A stretch of 64,000 nucleotides of DNA from Eledone cirrhosa. Its lineage: Eukaryota. The notes beneath the pieces are model-generated. The model saw nothing but the letters and a program-made list of their open reading frames with translations. It did not search any database and was not told where the DNA came from. Shown one piece after another: positions 55,870 through 64,000 of this stretch (the stretch's first letter is position 1; each line of letters opens with the position of its first letter). Position numbers and translations under genes: made by a program. The stretch covers positions 307,458,001-307,522,000 of the forward strand of contig OZ024741.1 in NCBI GenBank assembly GCA_964016885.1. Reading direction: 5' to 3'.

Positions 55870-56860
55870 GCTACGAAAACTGTAAACAATATGCAAAATA
55901 TGTAAGGTGAAATTGTTTTGAATGTTCGCGGGCGCCCTGTCTCTTTTGATAATTATACACGGAAAGCCGCTGTTGAGAAATCCCATGCAATTGTTAAAGA
56001 ATTGGCAGACGAGGTTAATTCGACGTTATCAACTGCCCATCTCCATTTACAGGAACTTAGACTGGTGTCTAAGCTTGGCAAGTGGATTCCATATGAACTG
56101 AGTGAAAACAATCGAAGAGAACGTGTCAACATCTGCATTGTTCTTCATTCTTGAGAGTGTCCGTCTCCATCTTTGAACTGTCTAGTACCAGTGATGAAAA
56201 GTGGATAATCTCTAAGAATGTTAAACACCGACGGTAGTGGGTTAAATCAAAACAACAAGCAAAATTTCATCCGAAACAAAGTCTTCATCCTCAAAATGTC
56301 TTATTGTGCCTTTGGTGGAATATGACGGGTGGAAACACATTGAAACCTTGTTACAAAACCAGACAATCAAAACCCAAGTGTATTATGAACAACGTGATCA
56401 ATTGAATAAAAACTTGAAAGAAAAAAGTTACTTTCTACTCAATTAACTGTTTCTACTTTAGGCACAAGGCCAGCAATTACCCAGTGCATTACTGGTACTT
56501 TATTTTATCGACCCCGTAAGGATGAAAGGCAAAGTCAACCTCGGCGGGATTTGAACTTTCTACTCAATTAACACGTCCGACCTAGTATCGTGAGAATTAC
56601 ATGCTTCAAGATTGAGGAACTTGGTTGGGAAAAGCTTCCACATCCTCCATATTCTCCTGACTTTACTCCTTCTGATTATCATTTATGCAGAAAGGTACAT
56701 TTTATTAATGGTACAACTACACAAGGGCACTTGAAATGGGTCTACGCGACTTTCCCCCATCAAAACCATTTCTATAAAAATAGCATAAGAAATCCTTTAC
56801 AGCGTCGGAAGACTGTGTAAACTTGTGTTTTTTTTATTTCTTCAAAACCTATAACCGAAA
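55870..56860 (+). mobile_element. Mariner transposase pseudogene
   Basis: GKWIPYELS (WVPHEL), TSDEKWI and HPPYSPDFTPSDYHL motifs. Frameshifted and interrupted by a SINE. Confidence 0.9.
56448..56554 (-). mobile_element. 5'-truncated SINE family 1 within the mariner
   Basis: 18-bp TSD actttctactcaattaac at 56430-56447 and 56555-56572. Confidence 0.92.
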
Positions 56861-56882
56861 ACATTACTTATAGGATGATATG

Positions 56883-57215
<333 letters not shown>

Positions 57216-57521
57216 ATATATATATATAATAGAACAAGATCCCAACAAAGGGGAGACACAGGAATAAGTATGGACATTGACAAGTATGGACATCAAAGAA
57301 TGCGTATCGAAAGTGTTTGACAATTAAATATGTCAAGAATCCATCCGGTTATTAAACTAACAGAGAATAGATTAGTTACCAAATTAATTATTAAACTGAA
57401 GTGAATTTCAACTAGTTTCTGTGGTTTAGTAGCATCCATGACCCTCCCAAAGTATAATAATATACGTTTCAACAAACCATTTCACAGTAAGTATCTTGCA
57501 AAACAAATACAAAAGCGAAAA

Positions 57522-57601
<80 letters not shown>

Positions 57602-58411
57602 TTATATATAGGTACATATATATATATGTATATATATACATATATATATATATATGTACATATATATATATATATGTATACATATATATATGTACACACA
57701 AATATATATACATACACACATACACACACACACACATATATATGTATGTATATATATATATATACACACACACACACATATATATACATATACGTATATA
57801 CAAATCCTGAGAATACTAGTGCCAATTATCAGCGTCCTCACTACCCACACCATTACAACTCTCACTATAACTACAACCACCACCACCACCACCACCACCA
57901 CCACCACCACTACCACCACCACCACCACCACTATTTATCCCACCCTACCCCACCACCATGATGCTCAGTCATTTCCGCCTTCCAGTACCCTTTAATGAGT
58001 CATTAATAAGAACAATCTCCTTAATTTGTCATGTCAACATTAGATGCCATTACACGTTGACTACCTTCCAAAATATATCGTATTTCTTAATACTCCTGTA
58101 TCATTTACCATAATGTTTGTGACCTTGTCTGGGAGTAGCTCCGTAGACGAGCTAATATATGCCTACCAGCCTACCTCCTTATCTATCTAATCTATCTCTC
58201 TATCGACCGGACGTGCAATAGATCGTTAGTAAGTTTTTGTAAAATTTTCTATACAAAAACAGAATTTATTGTGTAAAAATGTATATTGTTTGATAGATTA
58301 ACACCCAGGCTGAATTGTCAGCTGAGTGGTAATCTCAGTTTTCGCCCGTGTGGGGCGAAAATTTAATTAAAAAAATTATTGAGAAGTTTTAAAATTTTCC
58401 TAACTTTAACA

Positions 58412-60200
58412 ATGTGTGACTTACAGAGAACGATAGACAGCGAGAAGAGAGGGAAAGAGGCAGATATAAGCGTTATATCTCCCTCTACTTCCATAGAAGT
58501 ATATATGGAGACAAACAACAACAAAACTTCGTTTCGTAAAGAAATGGATATTTGCACAACAAAAGATGAAAATAACAGCCCACAACAGACACCAAAAAAT
58601 ACAGAAAATGCAGAAATTGAAACAATTAACACAACTACACACGAAAAAACCAACAACAACAACACTGAAAAAATAACATTCGCACAGACTGTAATTTAAA
58701 AAAAAACCGGAATATAAAGAGTTGGATGTCAGCAATTCAAAACAGATGTTGTCTGATGCGAGACAATTTATAACATTTGAAGAAAAGGGTGGGTTTCAAA
58801 TAAACTCACCCTTGGAAATTAAACAAGAAACAGTTCGAAGAACGGTAACCTTCAGAACTGTCTCAAATCAAATAAAAAAGCCGGCATTCCTCAGTCAAGG
58901 GGAAATTGAAACCATCTTAAAAGAGGCTCTGTCGGACATTGATTTTATCCAGAGGGCCAGACTATATGGAAGTATTTCGGTACTTTTTAAAAGCGAGGCC
59001 CTCGTACAAAAGCATTCTGTTACACCAGTCATCACAAAAACAGACACCTTTTTCCCTACTTAGATGGGGAAAAAGAACACAAAAAATTAAAATAAATAAC
59101 ATACCACCAAACATCAACATTTGGTGGATCTTAGAAGGGTTCATAGATCCAGAAAGTGACACAATTCTTTCGGTCAGGAAGTCGACCAGACAAAGGTGAG
59201 CGGGTACCAATTTGGAGATTCTGGTGCAGATGAGGACGGAGAGAATCTCCAAAATACCCGAAAAGGTCCTAGTCGACAACAACAACTGCATTAACATTTC
59301 GGTTGAGGGATGATAAACCACATTGCTTTCGTTGCAATAGCACCACACATCTAAAGACCTCCTGCTCTTTACAAACACACTCAACCAAAACAATCCAAAA
59401 GAAAATACTGTTACCAACACCAACACCAAAACAACCACCACCACAACAACAACACACGAAACAAGCAAACACACCAAAACAAACAGCCACTCAACCAACA
59501 ACAACAGAAAAAACACAGACAACACCCCTGAAGAACACAGCCCCACCCCATCCCACTCCATTAAACACTACCACAAACACACACACCGAAACATACCCCT
59601 ACCCCACACTCCTGACGATGATTATTCATCAACAGATGAGGCTGCTTCTCCTTCTTTAACTGAAGAACAAGGAGAACCTCGGAAATCCGAAAACAAAAAA
59701 GAGACACCACAAAACCCCCAAAACTCCAATCACCAACACCAACACACAACCACAGACAGAAACAACAACACAAACAACACCACAGTCAAACATCCCCCTA
59801 CCAGCAAAACCAACACCAACACCACCCAAAACACAAGCACCCACCATAAAAAGAAAACTCCCGAACGAAAACAAACAATAACAACACAACAAAATCAAAA
59901 ACAACAATACACATACATCATCACAAACAACAAGAGTTTGATGGAGGTCATCTCCCAAAACCCCAAGGTGGAGACGGAGGGCAAAACTTTCGTTAAAGCA
60001 GAATCGTCTCCAAACCTTAAACTTATAAGGGTTTCTATGGAGACCTAGAGTGATCTGAAGAATATATTTTCGCAGGACGTGGGCAACTCCTGCCAGAAAC
60101 CCATCAACCGCGTCCTGTAAAATGTTTCCCCACCCCCACCCAACAGCCCCTCCAACACCCAAATGGAGATTGAACAACCGGATCTCCAGGAAACGAAAAG
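58412..60200 (+). pseudogene. LINE ORF1 (gag-like, CCHC knuckle), disrupted
   Basis: CFRCNSTTHLKTSC at ~59324 and a T/P/Q-rich tail, split over several frames. Confidence 0.75.
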
Positions 60201-60246
60201 GTAAGTGCACCTTTTCGTCCTTTTTCACCCACTCTTCTCCACCAAC

Positions 60247-63200
60247 ATGGCTAATTTACGAGTTGGAAGCGTGAATGTGCGTGGCCAAGGGATGCCCTGG
60301 AAACAGGGCCAACTTTTAAACGACCTTAGGTCACACGCTATGGATGTGATAGCAATCACCGAGTCCAGGATCCACATCAGGCAGCAACTAATCCCCATCT
60401 TCAATGACTTTGAGATCTACGCATCTCTCTATTAGCCAGGAGGTGGGCGGGGAGTGGCTGTCATGTTTCGGAAAATCCTGGACGTCGAAGTATAGCAAGT
60501 ACACTTGGACCCGGAGGGTAGACTGGTAGTCCTAGACGTGAACAGTATTGGAGGTGGAGCCTTCAGACTGGTGGCCGTTTATGCCCCGACCGGGCAATCG
60601 CAATCCCGGCCAGACTTCTTTAAACGTCTAGAGTCTTTTCTGGAAACGTCTCGCTCCTTACTTTTAGTGGGGACTGGAATGGTATCCTAGATGCACGATG
60701 GGACTATGTGGGAGCATCATGTCCCAGTAGAGGGGGGTGCAACAGCCTCAAAAATTTAATCGGCCAATTCCAACTGGCCGATAGATATCGATTAGATTTC
60801 CCGACTGCACCACAGTGGACATGGGCAAACCGCAGCGGGACATCTAGATCGTATTTAGATAGCTTTTTCATTAGAGTGAAGGACACGAAGATGTTAAGCT
60901 GTCCACAAATGTACATGGTTGCCTATTCAGACCACAAACTAGTCATCTGCATAGTCAACCGTGATAGAATACATAGACAAGGACCCGGATACTGGAAGCT
61001 GGACGTTACGCTACCGACACGTAAAGCCTTCAGTGAACGGATAAGTAGATTAGTTAAGCAACAATTGACGGGAGCCATCGTCAACAACAGATGGTGGTAC
61101 TCCCTCAAGAAAGCAATTAGAGTAGAGTCGATAGACTTTAGCAGAGAGTTAGCCTTAGAGAGAAACAAAACAGAAACGGAACTAGTAGCCAAGGTAGAGG
61201 ATACGCTTAGGGGTGGCAACGTAGCTAGAGTGCTAGCAACGAGAACGGCACTGGACCAGTTCTTCGACGAAGGCTGCGTGATCAGAAGTAGATCACGTGC
61301 TCTAGGAAACGAGGGAGCGAAAGTTGTTTGCTGGGCCCGAGTGGCAGAGGCGAAAAGTGGCAACAAGTCCACGATTCGGTCTTTGAAAGACCAAAACGGA
61401 CGCGTGCTACTTGATCCCAAGCAAATGTGCGCGGCCTTTCAGCGACACTTTGCGCAACTGTTCGGGCAGAGTGGCCGTACGTCGAACGGGGCAATGGACT
61501 TCGGTTCATACCTCGACGGCCTGCCGCGTCTCTCGAGCATGGACGCCGAGTTCTGCGAAAGACCGATCACAGCCACTGAGATACGGGACGCTCTGGGCCG
61601 CTGCGAGAAACGCAAATCACCCGGTCTAGATGGTCTACCCTATGAGTTTTACATAGGCATGCCGGATTAGTTCTCTGGCGTCCTCGAGGCCGTATACTGC
61701 AACTGGCAGCAGAACGGGAGAATTCCCAGTTCTGCAGGCAGGGGCGTAGTAACGCTGATCGGGAAAGACGAGAACAAGGGGGACGAACTAAGCAACTTTA
61801 GGCCCATAACTCTGCTCAACACAGAGTTAAAGATGTTGGCCAAGGTGTTGGCAACGAGGTTGGCGCTTGTCGTTGAGAACCTGGTAGGGAAAGCGCAAAC
61901 GTGTGCAATCCAGACCAGGTCCATACATGACAACCTCCACCTCATGCGATACATCATAGAGAGGGTGAGGTGTAAACCCGGCTTTGGTGGGGCTCTGAAC
62001 AATTTAGATCAGTATAAGGTGTTCGATAGGGTCGACCATCGATACTTGGAAGCGGTTCTGAAGGGGGCCGCTTTCGGACCCGTCTTCAGAGGCTGGATCG
62101 CCGCAATGCACACCAACATCTGCTCGATGGTCAAGGTGAACGGCTACTTATCGGAGTCGTTCGCAATCACGCGTTCCATCCGACAGGGATGCCCTCTCTC
62201 CTCCTTTCTGTACGTACTGACTCTAGAACCACTTCTGCGGAAGCTGGAGCTGCTCCAGGAAATTCAGTTGTAACCGGGACTGTGGAAAGCGGCGTCGGCT
62301 TATACCGACGACGTAACGGTAATGGCGTCGGAAACCTCCGAAATAGGGGCGATTGGCAACTTACTGCAGGAATATGAGAGGCTCACAGGAGCAAAACTGA
62401 ACCCGGACAAGTCTGTCGGTTTGCAACTCGGAACGTGGAGAGGCAAACCGATGCCGTCCGACAGCGTCATCGGATGCTGGACGAACGGACCGGTGAAATT
62501 GCTCGGGGTCTGGTTCGGTCCAGACCTCCAGGTGGAGAAAAACTGGAACGAGGTCATGGCCAAGGTATTTGCGCTCACCCAGAAATGGTCAGAGTGCAAA
62601 CTATCCTTGAAAGGTCGAGTGGAGGTGGCGAACACTTTCATAGCGTCCGTCAACTACTACCGCTTGACCGTCGTGCCTTGTCCCTGTGAACACCTTACCA
62701 AGATGGAACGCATGCTCTTCCAGTTCCTTTGGAAGAAGCAGGCTCCACTGGTGAGGAGATCCGTCTGCTGTCACCACCCTTCCAACGGAGGGCTGGGCAT
62801 GCCGTGGCTCATTATGCGCAAGCATGCGCTGAAGCTACGGCATCTACAGGTAATCCTCACCGATCCCAAACCGGTGTGGGCACCGGTTGTGAGACAGGCC
62901 TTCCCGCAACTTGTCTCGCTGACGGAGCTGCAGTCCTGGGTCAAGCGAAGACCGAAGAAGATGGGCGCCTGGCACATTGAATGCGCTCAGGCGCTCATAG
63001 TCCTCTGTCAAGCGGGCACGGCAATCAGTGGAGACTCCACTTCGACATTCTATAGAGAGTTAGTACGTCACAAGGGCGACAACGTGCTCGGGGAGACTCT
63101 AGGCGTCGATGACGACGAACTCACCAGTCTGATTGGTAGGACTTTCCGCTCGGGACCCATGGACAACTTCCAGAGGTCCCTGGCCTGGAAGTGCTACCGA

Positions 63201-63687
63201 GGAGCTCTACCGGTTCGTGACAAGATATACAGACACGGACGCCCCGACAGGGATCCTTCCAAGAGGACGTGTCCAAGATGCACGCAGGACATTAAAACCG
63301 ACCTGCACGCAATTGTACACTGCCCGGGCGTAACCAACCTGTGGAACTACGCGGAACAACTGCTGTCACGTATGCGACAAATCCAGTTGACTGTCGAGTC
63401 CATAGTAAGGATCAAACCGCCAACTTCTTTCAAAAACGAAAGAGAGGCGGTTTTCCTCTGTATAGTGGCTATGGTGAAAGAGGTTATATAGTGGACGAGA
63501 TTGAGAGGACTGAGGACAGATGCCTTTCTCTCCGGACAACAACTCATTCCCTTCTTTAGATACCACTTTAGAAGGAGAATCAGAGTGGAGAGAGAGGCAC
63601 TGCACCCCAGTAAATTTACTGAAAGGTAGGTGAATGTGGCAAAAATGGCCCGAGTAATTGGGCCTTCTCTATATATAAACCTGTAGG
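60247..63687 (+). pseudogene. LINE ORF2 (APE endonuclease + reverse transcriptase + C-terminal Zn finger), disrupted
   Basis: SVNVRG, AVYAP, SDH, GYWKL, KSPGLDGLPYEFY, RQGCPLS, AYTDD, GGLGMP and CPRC..H..C. Several in-frame stops and frameshifts. Confidence 0.93.
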
Positions 63688-63919
63688 TTGAAGAAGAGAG
63701 CAAAAGGAAGAAGGGAGCACTTGCACAACACGCTCCTGAAGTTGAGGGTTGTTCTATCGACGGGGTATTAAACAACCCATTTGTGGCGCCTCCCCTCTAT
63801 TGGCGATTTCGGTTGTTATAATTGTTTGTTTTAGATTATTTTACACGATTGTATGTAAAATCCCCGGCATGTCTTTGTTTTGTCCCCTTTTCTTGTGCGT
63901 CCTTGTAGCAAATAAAGAA

Positions 63920-63920
<1 letters not shown>

Positions 63921-63989
<69 letters not shown>

Positions 63990-64000
63990 TTATCTATCTA
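63921..64000. repeat. (TCTA)n microsatellite
   Basis: Directly visible. Confidence 0.95.

Larger units (their letters stand above)
58205..63920 (+). mobile_element. Apparently full-length Tx1/L1-group LINE
   Basis: 5' end gaccggacgtg, ORF1 and ORF2 remnants, 3' aataaagaaa. (TATC)n on both sides. Confidence 0.9.

Noticed and set aside
58962-63775. Minus-strand ORFs over the LINE
   Set aside because: Antisense shadows of ORF1 and ORF2.

Overview
Repeat-saturated, AT-rich eukaryotic (animal) DNA with no host protein-coding exon that I can support. The SINE types and microsatellite load suggest a cephalopod such as Octopus (inference). Nearly all ORFs in the track are translations of (TA)n/(CA)n/(TC)n/(ACC)n repeats. 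Recognisable contents: (1) a ~16.4 kb triple tandem duplication (21956-38350), each unit holding an R4/Dong-like RLE retrotransposon remnant with a nested RTE fragment and a 5'-truncated Penelope-like element (PLE; YRDD reverse transcriptase + GIY-YIG, Naiad-like) interrupted by a SINE; (2) an apparently full-length but disrupted Tx1/L1-group LINE (58205-63920) inside a (TATC)n tract; (3) Tc1, mariner, pogo-like, hAT-MITE, CRE and RTE remnants; (4) many tRNA-type SINEs, several with clear TSDs. The most striking signal is a set of at least 12 independent asymmetric foldback elements in (TA)n tracts, built as inverted arm + spacer + arm + unpaired 30-85 bp tail. Several carry minimal hammerhead ribozyme motifs, including U3-A8 core variants, one lacking stem II, and one 319-bp terminally redundant retrozyme-like unit. 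All calls are from reading by eye; boundaries are approximate.
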